Assembly (NCBI GenBank): GCA_964475945.1
Contig: CAYYYF010000011.1
Coordinates: 1-24,000, forward strand
Length of the DNA stretch: 24,000 bases
Direction of reading: 5' to 3'
Source of the DNA: an uncultured Nitrosopumilales archaeon
Lineage (GTDB): Archaea > Thermoproteota > Nitrososphaeria > Nitrososphaerales > Nitrosocaldaceae
Below the pieces are notes generated by a model that was given only the letters and a program-made list of their open reading frames with translations, searched no databases and had not been told where the DNA came from. Positions 1-7,409 of the stretch are shown here, piece by piece. Position 1 is the stretch's first letter; the number at the start of each line of letters is the position of its first letter. Made by a program: the position numbers and the translations under genes.

Positions 1-2
1 AT

Positions 3-530
3 AAGGCAAAGAATAGATTACAGATAATTCATGAAAGGATAGAGAGAAGAAGGAAAGATTTACTACATAAATTATCAAGGTATTATGCTAGATACAATAT
101 AGTAATGGTAGAGGATTTAAATGTTAAGGATATGTTAGAAGATGAACAATTGCAAAGAGGTAATAATACATTGCATAGGAATATTGCTAATAAAGCATTT
201 AATAGATTTATTCAACTATTATCATACAAGACTAAAATCATTAAGGTTGATCCTAAATACACTACTAAAGAATGCTATAGATGTGGTAATATTGAAAATA
301 ACATGCCCTTAAACAAAAGGATATTTAAATACAGTAAATGTGGTTTAGTAATAGATAGAGATAGGAATGGTTCTTTAAACATATTGAAGAAGGGATTAAT
401 GAAATTAGGATTATTTGAAGAAATAATAATAATAACAATATTACCTACCCTAGGGGCTAGGGGAAGTTACGCTTGGGGAGACTCTAATAGGTCTATGAAC
501 CAAGAAGCCTCGCTATTTATGGCGAGGTAG
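3..530 (+). CDS. tnpB: TnpB (IS200/IS605 OrfB, RNA-guided nuclease family), C-terminal part; the 5-prime end lies outside the window
   Basis: The frame is open from base 3: KAKNRLQIIHERIERRRKDLLHKLSRYYARYNIVMVEDLNVKDM.. (RuvC-II VEDL glutamate). This is followed by YKTKIIKVDPKYTTKECYRCG..KCG (CxxC..C zinc-finger insert) and DRDRNGSLNI (RuvC-III aspartate). The track ORF 105-530 is only the part after an internal Met. Confidence 0.85.
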   Translation, partial: KAKNRLQIIHERIERRRKDLLHKLSRYYARYNIVMVEDLNVKDMLEDEQLQRGNNTLHRNIANKAFNRFIQLLSYKTKIIKVDPKYTTKECYRCGNIENNMPLNKRIFKYSKCGLVIDRDRNGSLNILKKGLMKLGLFEEIIIITILPTLGARGSYAWGDSNRSMNQEASLFMAR

Positions 531-545
531 CTCACTAGTATTGGT
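440..545 (+). ncRNA. Candidate omega-RNA (reRNA) scaffold / IS right-end structured RNA overlapping the tnpB 3-prime end; extent uncertain
   Basis: There is a palindrome ccctaggg at 448-455. Nested helices are cttgg 472-476 / ccaag 500-504, which enclose agac 479-482 / gtct 491-494. A terminal hairpin follows: cctcgc 508-513 / gcgagg 522-527 with loop tatttatg. In known TnpB systems the guide RNA scaffold overlaps the tnpB 3-prime end. No covariance evidence is available here. Confidence 0.35.
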
Positions 546-559
546 GTATTTACTATGGT

Positions 560-1465
560 TTGCTCTTAGCAAAGGAGGATTATATAAAAGCAGGTAGGAT
601 AGCAGCAGAGGTTAGAGAGTATGCTAGGAAGCAGTACTATGTAGGGTATACACTACTTGAGATATGTGAGAGCCTAGAGGATATGATAAGGGCAAAGGGA
701 GGCGAGCCAGCATTCCCATGCAATCTAAGCCTGAATGAGGTTGCAGCACACTACACAGCAGAGCCTGATGATAGGATAGAGGTTAGGGATGGTGATGTAT
801 TGAAGATAGATATAGGTGTGCATATCAATGGCTGCATAGCAGATACAGCAGTAACAGTATGCTACAATCCAGATTACTTAATACTTGTAGAGGCATGCGA
901 GCATGCGCTAAGTGAGGCATTAAAGGTTACTAGGGCAGGGGTTAAAGCAAGTGAGATAGGAAGAGTTATAGAGGGTACTGTAAAGTCATATGGTTTGAAG
1001 CCCATACAGAACCTTAGCGGGCACTCAATACAGCAGTATACTATCCATGCAGGTAAATCTATACCAAATATATGGACCATAGGCTCATTTACCTTGCAAG
1101 AGGATGAGGTCTATGCGATAGAACCATTTGTAACAACAGCAGATGGTTCTGGTGTAGTATACAATGGTGATGTAAGCAATATATTCTCAATAATAACAAG
1201 GAAGAGGATAGGTGATAGAGAGGCTGATGAACTCCTTGAGGTACTATGGAATAGGTTTAGGACCTTGCCATTTGCATTAAGATGGATAGTAAAGGATCTT
1301 AACCTTGATATAGATCATGCTAGAAGGCTTCTATCACTGCTTATTAAGAAGAAGGTTGTTAGGGCATATCCAATACTTGTAGAAGGTAATGGGAGGTTTG
1401 TTGCACAGGCAGAGCATACGATAATAACAGCAAGGGATGGAGGTAGTATAATTATTACTAGGTAA
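560..1465 (+). CDS. map: Methionine aminopeptidase, type 2 (archaeal MetAP)
   Basis: EDYIKAGRIAAEVREYA.., GGEPAFPCNLSLNEVAAHYT, LKIDIGVHINGCIADTAVTV, SGHSI..Y..HAGKSIP, AIEPF, AQAEHTI: the pita-bread fold metal-ligand motifs. The only in-frame start after the upstream stop (536-538) is TTG at 560. Confidence 0.9.
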   Translation: MLLAKEDYIKAGRIAAEVREYARKQYYVGYTLLEICESLEDMIRAKGGEPAFPCNLSLNEVAAHYTAEPDDRIEVRDGDVLKIDIGVHINGCIADTAVTVCYNPDYLILVEACEHALSEALKVTRAGVKASEIGRVIEGTVKSYGLKPIQNLSGHSIQQYTIHAGKSIPNIWTIGSFTLQEDEVYAIEPFVTTADGSGVVYNGDVSNIFSIITRKRIGDREADELLEVLWNRFRTLPFALRWIVKDLNLDIDHARRLLSLLIKKKVVRAYPILVEGNGRFVAQAEHTIITARDGGSIIITR

Positions 1466-1486
1466 TTATTCCTACTTGTTAATTGC

Positions 1487-1675
1487 TTATGCATTGCTAT
1501 TTATAGACTCTGCATATATCATTATTACTAGCGTATTGCCTTTACATCTTAGACAGGAACCACCATCCTTGTATACATAATCTCCAACCTTGAATGTACG
1601 CTTGTTCTTTACACCGCATACCTTACACTGCTCTATTGTATATACTAGCTGCTTCTCTTTGCTATCTTGGCTCAT
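1487..1675 (-). CDS. Small zinc-ribbon protein (CxxC..CxxC), function unknown
   Basis: 62 aa with CKVCG...CLRCKG. Its ATG overlaps the stop of the upstream minus-strand gene (ATGA, 1672-1675), suggesting translational coupling. Confidence 0.55.
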   Translation of the reverse strand: MSQDSKEKQLVYTIEQCKVCGVKNKRTFKVGDYVYKDGGSCLRCKGNTLVIMIYAESINSNA

Positions 1676-2817
1676 TGCCCTACACCTACAGTATTACCTA
1701 CACCTATTATTATTATATTATCCCCTTGCTTACTATACTCATCTATCATCCTGAATACAGTGCCACTAGCCTTCTCTGTAGCCTCTGCTATCTCCTTCTT
1801 CATGGTAGTTATAGCCTCAAGTATAGACTGCTTTATTATAACAGCATACAATGGTATGTTATGCTTGGTCGCTATCTCTTCTATCTGAAACCTCTCAACC
1901 CCTATGCCTCCTATGGCAGCACCTACACCTTCTGCAACCTCACCGCTCTTCTCCCCCTCCAACTTTAGTGCAGCATCTATCATGATTATCATATCTATCC
2001 TAGTATTCATCTCATTGATTATTCTATTAAGGGCAGTATGAGGTTCTCCTACTGTTCCCCCGGGCCCTTTAGCCTTAATAAGATAAAGTCTCCTACCATT
2101 GTACTCATACTCACTCAGCACTGTATCCCTTGCTATAGCTATCTTTTCCTTATCAAGCATAAACCTGCCTACAACCATAGGACCTATGCTATCACCTATA
2201 GGCTGGCCTCCTTTTAGTGCTGGTATAGCCTTGCTTAATGCCTCAGCAGACTGCATTATTAAAGGCATGGCCATCTGCAACTGCACTATGAAGAACATGC
2301 TGGTAGTCTTCTTACCCATCAGGTAGAAGTGCCTGACAATCTTGTATAGCGTATGCAATGCAGTAGCAACCTCAAGTACATTCTCCAATCTAGATGCTGT
2401 AATCTCATCTGCTTGGGGTGCCAATGCCTTAACCTCAGCCCTTATCCTCTCATCCCTTAGCCTTATAAGATGCTGTATCTTATTCACTATACCATAAGGG
2501 TCTAGATTAACTGGTGTTATAGTAAAGTGCTCCATAAGCATATCTATCCTCTCCATGCTTGTTAGGTTAGGGTTAACACTCTTTATATATGAGATAGCCT
2601 CTTCCCTAGACTTCTTCTGCATGTTCTCTAGTTTATTGAGTGACTTTGAGACATCCTGCATAACCATCCATAGCTGTATCCTCTGCCCATATAGCATGAA
2701 TATGAATATTGGTAGTATCCAGAGTAGGTATACCCACCATGGCTGTGACTCACCACTTGGAAAGAGTGGGTTCATCTGCATCTGTATACTTGTTATAGCA
2801 TCACTTAAGCTTACCAT
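1672..2817 (-). CDS. Conserved archaeal membrane-anchored protein, DUF1512-like; function unknown
   Basis: 381-aa ORF with one N-terminal TM (WWVYLLWILPIFIFMLYGQRIQ) and a long soluble domain. AGGAGG lies immediately upstream (complement of about 2823-2829). The DUF1512 assignment is from memory of family architecture and length, not from a search. Confidence 0.6.
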   Translation of the reverse strand: MVSLSDAITSIQMQMNPLFPSGESQPWWVYLLWILPIFIFMLYGQRIQLWMVMQDVSKSLNKLENMQKKSREEAISYIKSVNPNLTSMERIDMLMEHFTITPVNLDPYGIVNKIQHLIRLRDERIRAEVKALAPQADEITASRLENVLEVATALHTLYKIVRHFYLMGKKTTSMFFIVQLQMAMPLIMQSAEALSKAIPALKGGQPIGDSIGPMVVGRFMLDKEKIAIARDTVLSEYEYNGRRLYLIKAKGPGGTVGEPHTALNRIINEMNTRIDMIIMIDAALKLEGEKSGEVAEGVGAAIGGIGVERFQIEEIATKHNIPLYAVIIKQSILEAITTMKKEIAEATEKASGTVFRMIDEYSKQGDNIIIIGVGNTVGVGQ

Positions 2818-2938
2818 AATTATCCTCCTTTTACTATTCCATTAAACTAAACTGGATTCTTGCTTATAAAGTATGCTAAACTATAGTTTATATTAGGTTA
2901 GCAGTAATGCTATATATTATTAAATACTACAAGTGGTT

Positions 2939-2965
2939 AAAAAGAAATAAAGAAATAAAATAAAG
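2939..2965 (-). terminator. T-rich terminator after the SIMPL gene (minus strand)
   Basis: The plus strand aaaaagaaataaagaaataaaataaag reads ctttattttatttctttatttcttttt on the minus strand, immediately after the stop at 2980. Confidence 0.45.
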
Positions 2966-2979
2966 ATTATGTGTTTATT

Positions 2980-3789
2980 CTATTCTGCTCCTTCTATTAG
3001 GAAGGTCACATTAACTGATACGAATACCTCTTGCTTCTGTGGGAGTACTACTGTGTAATTTGATGATGCGTATAGGGCTGGTCCAGCATAGTGCATTGGT
3101 GGGTTGTAGTATGAGTACATGCTTACATTCTTAACATCCCCTAGCTTAGCACCTAATGGTGCAAGTATCTTCTCTGCCTTGTTCTTTGCATCAATAACAG
3201 CATGCTCCATAAGCTCATTAACTATGCTACTCTGCATCTCTTGTGATAGGAAGAAGTTAACCGAATAGACTTGGTTTGCACCTGCAGATACTGCAGCATC
3301 TATAACCCTTCCTATATCAGCATCTGCATTCAATGTAATTACCAAGGAGTTGGTTGCTTTATAACCTGTAAGTACACCCTCTTGGTTATATACGGGAGAT
3401 ATGGCATAGTAGTTTGTTCCTATCTGTTCCTTCTCTACCCCTGATGCAGTTACAGCATCTATGACTTTGTTCATGATCTCTGAGTTCATCCTTGCTGCTT
3501 CGCTTGCTGTCTTTGCTTGTGTCTCTACACCAAGATTCAATGCAACCTTATCTGGATCTACAAGCTTCCTTGCTTCACCAGTTACTGATATCTCCCTTGT
3601 AATGTTATTATTACTAATGCTATTACCATCTATCTGTGCCTCTGCTATACCAATACCTTTACCCTGAATGCCTGATTGTACATATAATGCAAATACTAGC
3701 ACTGCTACAATACCTACTCCAGCAAAGAGGTAGTATCTGCTTCTGCTTCTATTGCTACTGTTATTCTTGCTATCTTGGCTCATGCTCAT
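2980..3789 (-). CDS. SIMPL-domain (DUF541) protein with N-terminal membrane anchor
   Basis: ISVTGEA..V.PD.A.L.LGVET.AKTA.EA...N...M..VI.A....GV....I.T....I.P.Y, ending VSVNVTFLIE, is typical of SIMPL/DUF541. The start is moved to MSMSQDSK (3789, or 3783). The 34 extra N-terminal residues in the track ORF (to 3891) run through the divergent promoter region. Confidence 0.75.
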   Translation of the reverse strand: MSMSQDSKNNSSNRSRSRYYLFAGVGIVAVLVFALYVQSGIQGKGIGIAEAQIDGNSISNNNITREISVTGEARKLVDPDKVALNLGVETQAKTASEAARMNSEIMNKVIDAVTASGVEKEQIGTNYYAISPVYNQEGVLTGYKATNSLVITLNADADIGRVIDAAVSAGANQVYSVNFFLSQEMQSSIVNELMEHAVIDAKNKAEKILAPLGAKLGDVKNVSMYSYYNPPMHYAGPALYASSNYTVVLPQKQEVFVSVNVTFLIEGAE

Positions 3790-3923
3790 CTCTGCATAGA
3801 TATAGTAGAGAGCAGGTAATGTTAAACTTTGTATCTGAACAGAGGTTACATGCTTTAGTATTGCCGTTCTACCTATTAAAACAGATGACATGTATATATT
3901 GCAGGGCTTGGATAGTTAGCATT

Positions 3924-4346
3924 ATGCATAAAGATATAGAAGGGGAGTTAAAGGGAAAGACCCTACAGGTATACCTGTACATGCTTAAGAGGAATGAACC
4001 TGTAGGGGTTAGAGAGGTGCAGAGGGATCTTAACTTCTCAAGCCCAAGTGTAGCAAGTTATCATCTTGATAAGCTTATAGCACTCAATCTAGTTGCAAAG
4101 GATGATTACGGTAGATACTATGTAGCAAGGAAGGCAGAGATAAGCATGTTAGAGTCGTATGTAAACATACTAGGCTATACCATACCTAGGCTTGCCTTCT
4201 TTGCAGTGTTCTTCACATCCTTGCTTATAGCCTACGTTATATTAAATCACTCATCCTTGAGTATACATGCTGTAGCATTTGCTATTATAGCAAGTGCTGC
4301 ATTCTGGTTCGAGGCACTGAGGCTATGGAAGAGGAGACCGTTCTAA
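3924..4346 (+). CDS. Membrane-tethered winged-helix (ArsR/MarR-like) DNA-binding protein
   Basis: MHKDIEGELKGKTLQVYLYMLKRNEPVGVREVQRDLNFSSPSVASYHLDKLIALNLVAK..GRYYV is a wHTH, followed by two predicted TM helices. A TATA-like tgtatatatt at 3891-3900 lies about 28 nt before this ATG. The track ORF start at 3636 is antisense to the SIMPL gene and is rejected. Confidence 0.65.
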   Translation: MHKDIEGELKGKTLQVYLYMLKRNEPVGVREVQRDLNFSSPSVASYHLDKLIALNLVAKDDYGRYYVARKAEISMLESYVNILGYTIPRLAFFAVFFTSLLIAYVILNHSSLSIHAVAFAIIASAAFWFEALRLWKRRPF

Positions 4347-4384
4347 TCTATAGTATTATATGCAAAGAGGTGGATCATTACTCT

Positions 4385-4711
4385 ATGCATGGTAATATGG
4401 TTTTGCTTATAGCTGCCCCAGTGCTAGCCATAGCAACAATACTTATGCTTAATACGATATCATCTTACTTCATGCATGTTAGTTATACTGAGGATGAGAG
4501 ATCACTTAAAGCATCAAGTGGAGAGGAGAAAGAAAGAAGCGCATCTATTGCTAGCAGGGAAGAAGGCTTGCAGGCACAATTTGCATATACAAAGCCTAGA
4601 GAGATAGAGGGAGTAGAGTATGTAAACAATATACTACCATATATAATAGGAGTAGTTAGTGCATCTGCTATATTTGTAGTATTAAAGAGATCATATATTA
4701 ACAAACCATAG
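4385..4711 (+). CDS. Hypothetical small membrane protein (N- and C-terminal TM helices, charged middle)
   Basis: ORF downstream of the wHTH gene. GAGGTGGA at 4367-4374 precedes the ATG at 4385. An alternative start at 4325 overlaps the wHTH gene. No recognisable domain. Confidence 0.35.
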   Translation: MHGNMVLLIAAPVLAIATILMLNTISSYFMHVSYTEDERSLKASSGEEKERSASIASREEGLQAQFAYTKPREIEGVEYVNNILPYIIGVVSASAIFVVLKRSYINKP

Positions 4712-4717
4712 ATCTAA

Positions 4718-4924
4718 TCATTCATTGGTTGTGTTATCAAAACCACAGTATGGACATCTATGACCTCTAAACCTACTTCCACAGGATAGGCATATAGTAA
4801 GGGTATCTTTAGCTACTACATGCCTACCATCATGTTTACCCGTTGTCTTCCTCTTCTCAAGATTGAGGAGTATAAGCATTATTATAATTATAATAAGCCC
4901 TGTAACTACATATAACCATACCAT
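4718..4924 (-). CDS. Small TM + zinc-ribbon protein, function unknown
   Basis: 68 aa: an N-terminal hydrophobic helix followed by CLSCG..(8)..CPYCG. Confidence 0.45.
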   Translation of the reverse strand: MVWLYVVTGLIIIIIMLILLNLEKRKTTGKHDGRHVVAKDTLTICLSCGSRFRGHRCPYCGFDNTTNE

Positions 4925-4992
4925 CCTCTCTCCCTATGTATTTATACTTTAAGAAATAATATTAATCTTTCAGTAATAGGCTAGCATGCAGT

Positions 4993-6216
4993 ATGCTAAA
5001 AGATAATTTAATAATCCCCTACATCAAACTAGATGTTGTGTTTAGTATAAAGAATATAGGGCTTAGGAATGTAGAGATAGCAGATACAAAGTTATGCCTT
5101 ATAGATGGGGAGAATGGTAGATTACTATACAGAGGGTATGATATATTCGATCTAGCAAAAAACTCTACATTTGAAGAGACGAGCTACCTCCTACTCTATG
5201 GAGATCTCCCAACAAAGGATCAGCTTGAAGAGTTTGATAGAAGGTTAAAGGCTAATAGATCATTACCTAAGGAGGTTGTTGAGGCTATGAAGCATAGGTC
5301 AAAGAGTGCTAGGCCTATGGATGTTCTAATATCATCTGTAGCAATGCTTGCTGATTACGATCCTATAGATGAATCGAAGTCAGCAAACCTTGAGAGGAGT
5401 ATAAGCCTAATAGCAAAGATGCCTACCATAGTTGCTGCTTGGAATGCTATAAGGAATGATAGGCCTATAGTTGAGCCTGATGAGGATCTATCCCACGCAG
5501 CAAATACACTTTATATGCTCTTAGGTAAGGTGCCAGAGAGCGATATTGCAAGGATGTTCGATATATGCTTGATACTTCATGCAGAGCATAGTTTCAATGC
5601 ATCAACCTTTGCTGCCAGACAGGTTGCATCTACTAGAGCGCATATGTATGCATGTGTATGTGCAGCAATAGCAGCATTATCTGGGGATCTTCATGGTGGT
5701 GCAAACGTTGCTGTAATGAAGGCATTACTTGAGATTGGGGATGAGAGTAACGTTAAGAGCTATGTCAAAGCAAAGTTAGATGCTAATGAGAAGATAATGG
5801 GGTTAGGACATGCTGTATACAAGACTGATGATCCTAGGGCTAAGATACTAAGAGAGATGAGTAGAAGGCTAGCGTTGAAGACTAACAGTAAGTGGCATGC
5901 TATAACATACAAACTAGAGGAAGTTGCAAAAGAGGAGGTTAAGAAGAGAAGAGGTGTTGATATCTATGCTAATGTTGATCTTTATAGTGCCTCTGTATAC
6001 TACTCAATGGGTATACCAATAGATCTCTACACATGTATATTTGCCATTGCAAGGATCTCTGGTTGGTGTGCCCATATAATAGAGGAGAAGTTCGTTGAGG
6101 CGCAACCAAAGCCAGCATTATATAGACCAGCTGCCGCATACGTTGGTAGATACTGTGGCCCATTAGGGTGTGAGTATATACCAATACAGAAGAGGGATAA
6201 GCAAGACAGCAAGTAG
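4993..6216 (+). CDS. gltA: Citrate synthase (citrate/2-methylcitrate synthase family)
   Basis: GLRNVEIADTKLCLIDGENGRLLYRGYDI, LILHAEHSFNAST, GDLHGGAN, MGLGHAVYKTDDPRA, ISGW.AHIIE: the full set of citrate synthase signature blocks. The N-terminus is about 20 aa longer than typical, so the start is somewhat uncertain. Confidence 0.9.
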   Translation: MLKDNLIIPYIKLDVVFSIKNIGLRNVEIADTKLCLIDGENGRLLYRGYDIFDLAKNSTFEETSYLLLYGDLPTKDQLEEFDRRLKANRSLPKEVVEAMKHRSKSARPMDVLISSVAMLADYDPIDESKSANLERSISLIAKMPTIVAAWNAIRNDRPIVEPDEDLSHAANTLYMLLGKVPESDIARMFDICLILHAEHSFNASTFAARQVASTRAHMYACVCAAIAALSGDLHGGANVAVMKALLEIGDESNVKSYVKAKLDANEKIMGLGHAVYKTDDPRAKILREMSRRLALKTNSKWHAITYKLEEVAKEEVKKRRGVDIYANVDLYSASVYYSMGIPIDLYTCIFAIARISGWCAHIIEEKFVEAQPKPALYRPAAAYVGRYCGPLGCEYIPIQKRDKQDSK

Positions 6217-6255
6217 TGATATAAGTTTAAGTATACATGCCTAGTATGAATTGGT

Positions 6256-7353
6256 GTGAAGGCTGCAGTATTACGATCAACAGATAGACCATTACAGATA
6301 GAGGAGTTGAGGGATCCTAAGCCTAAGAACAACGAGGTTATGGTAGAGGTCAATGCGGTAGGCCTATGCCATACAGATCTTCATGTGCTTAGAGGGCATA
6401 TACCATTCCCATTGCCAGCAGTGTTAGGGCATGAGGTATCTGGCAAGGTTGTAGCAGTAGGGGATGGAGTAGATAATGTTCAAGTAGGGGATAAGGTAGT
6501 AGGGCCGTTCATACTACCATGTGGTAAATGCAGATTATGCATAAGGGGGTATGAGGATCTCTGCGAGAACTTTTACAACTACAACAGGCTTAAAGGTGTA
6601 TACTACGATGGAACAAGTAGGTTAGCAGATAAGGATGGTAATACAGTATACATGTACTCCATGGGTGCACATGCTGAGTACTGCATAATACCAGCAACCT
6701 CAGTATTCAAGGTAGCAGATAACATAAAGATGGATAATGCAGCAATACTGGGCTGTGCTATAATGACTGCTTATGGAGCATGTAGGAATGCTAACCTTAA
6801 GCCCTCTGAGACTGTTGCTGTATATGGTATAGGAGGGGTTGGTAGCAACGTTGTTCAGATAGCAAGCAAGGTATTCAATGTAGATGTTATTGCCATAGAT
6901 GTTAGGGATGAGAAGTTGGATTATGCCAAGACCCTTGGGGCAAGGTATACTATAAACTCAAAGAAGGAGGATCCTGTAAAGGCGATAATGGATATAACTG
7001 ATAGTAGAGGTGCTGATGCTGCCATAGAGGTTATAGGGCTAAAGGAGACTATAAGCAATGCTATAAGATCTGTGCGCTCTGGCGGCAGGGCTGTGCTGGT
7101 AGGGTTATCATCGAAGAGGGATGAGGCTGGGTTTGAGATAAACTTCGTTGTAAGGAAAGGGGTGCATATAATAGGCTCTTATGGGGGCAAGCCTAGAATA
7201 GATATGCCTGAGATAATAGAATTGGCGAGTAAAGGGGTAATAGATGTTGAGAATGTTATCTCTGAGCAGTTTACATTGGAGCAGATAAACGAGGCATTCG
7301 AGAAATTGGAGAAGGGAGGAGTAAGAGGTAGGGCGATCATAAAATTAAGGTAA
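6256..7353 (+). CDS. Zinc-dependent alcohol dehydrogenase (MDR family)
   Basis: MKAAVL.., GLCHTDLH, GHEVSGKVVAVG (catalytic Zn), CGKCRLCIRGYEDLC (structural Zn), GIGGVG (Rossmann). GTG start at 6256, with AT-rich aagtttaagtata about 26 nt upstream. Confidence 0.85.
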   Translation: MKAAVLRSTDRPLQIEELRDPKPKNNEVMVEVNAVGLCHTDLHVLRGHIPFPLPAVLGHEVSGKVVAVGDGVDNVQVGDKVVGPFILPCGKCRLCIRGYEDLCENFYNYNRLKGVYYDGTSRLADKDGNTVYMYSMGAHAEYCIIPATSVFKVADNIKMDNAAILGCAIMTAYGACRNANLKPSETVAVYGIGGVGSNVVQIASKVFNVDVIAIDVRDEKLDYAKTLGARYTINSKKEDPVKAIMDITDSRGADAAIEVIGLKETISNAIRSVRSGGRAVLVGLSSKRDEAGFEINFVVRKGVHIIGSYGGKPRIDMPEIIELASKGVIDVENVISEQFTLEQINEAFEKLEKGGVRGRAIIKLR

Positions 7354-7409
7354 CGGGCTAAACCAAATCATTTTTAATTTATCATATATAGATATAGTTT
7401 ATTAATAAC

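Larger units (their letters stand above)
1..545 (+). mobile_element. Right-hand portion of an IS200/IS605-family (TnpB/OrfB-type) element, truncated by the window edge; right boundary approximate
   Basis: Contains the C-terminal half of a TnpB-like ORF followed by nested hairpins directly after or over the stop codon, as expected for an IS605-type right end. The exact RE boundary cannot be fixed without a second copy. Confidence 0.6.

Noticed and set aside
555-557. ATG just upstream of map as an alternative start.
   Set aside because: It is out of frame with the MetAP ORF and terminates after four codons (atg gtt tgc tct tag).
2941-2965. Short tandem repeat aaagaaat/aaagaaataa.
   Set aside because: It is only about 2-3 imperfect units. 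It is best explained as the oligo-T terminator of the minus-strand SIMPL gene, not as a CRISPR or satellite repeat.
3636-3923. Long N-terminal extension of the wHTH ORF (track start 3636) and of the SIMPL ORF (track start 3891).
   Set aside because: The extensions are antisense to each other's gene or to the promoter region and have Cys/Tyr/Leu-rich nonsense-like composition. Internal ATGs at 3924 and 3789 have appropriate TATA spacing and conserved N-termini.
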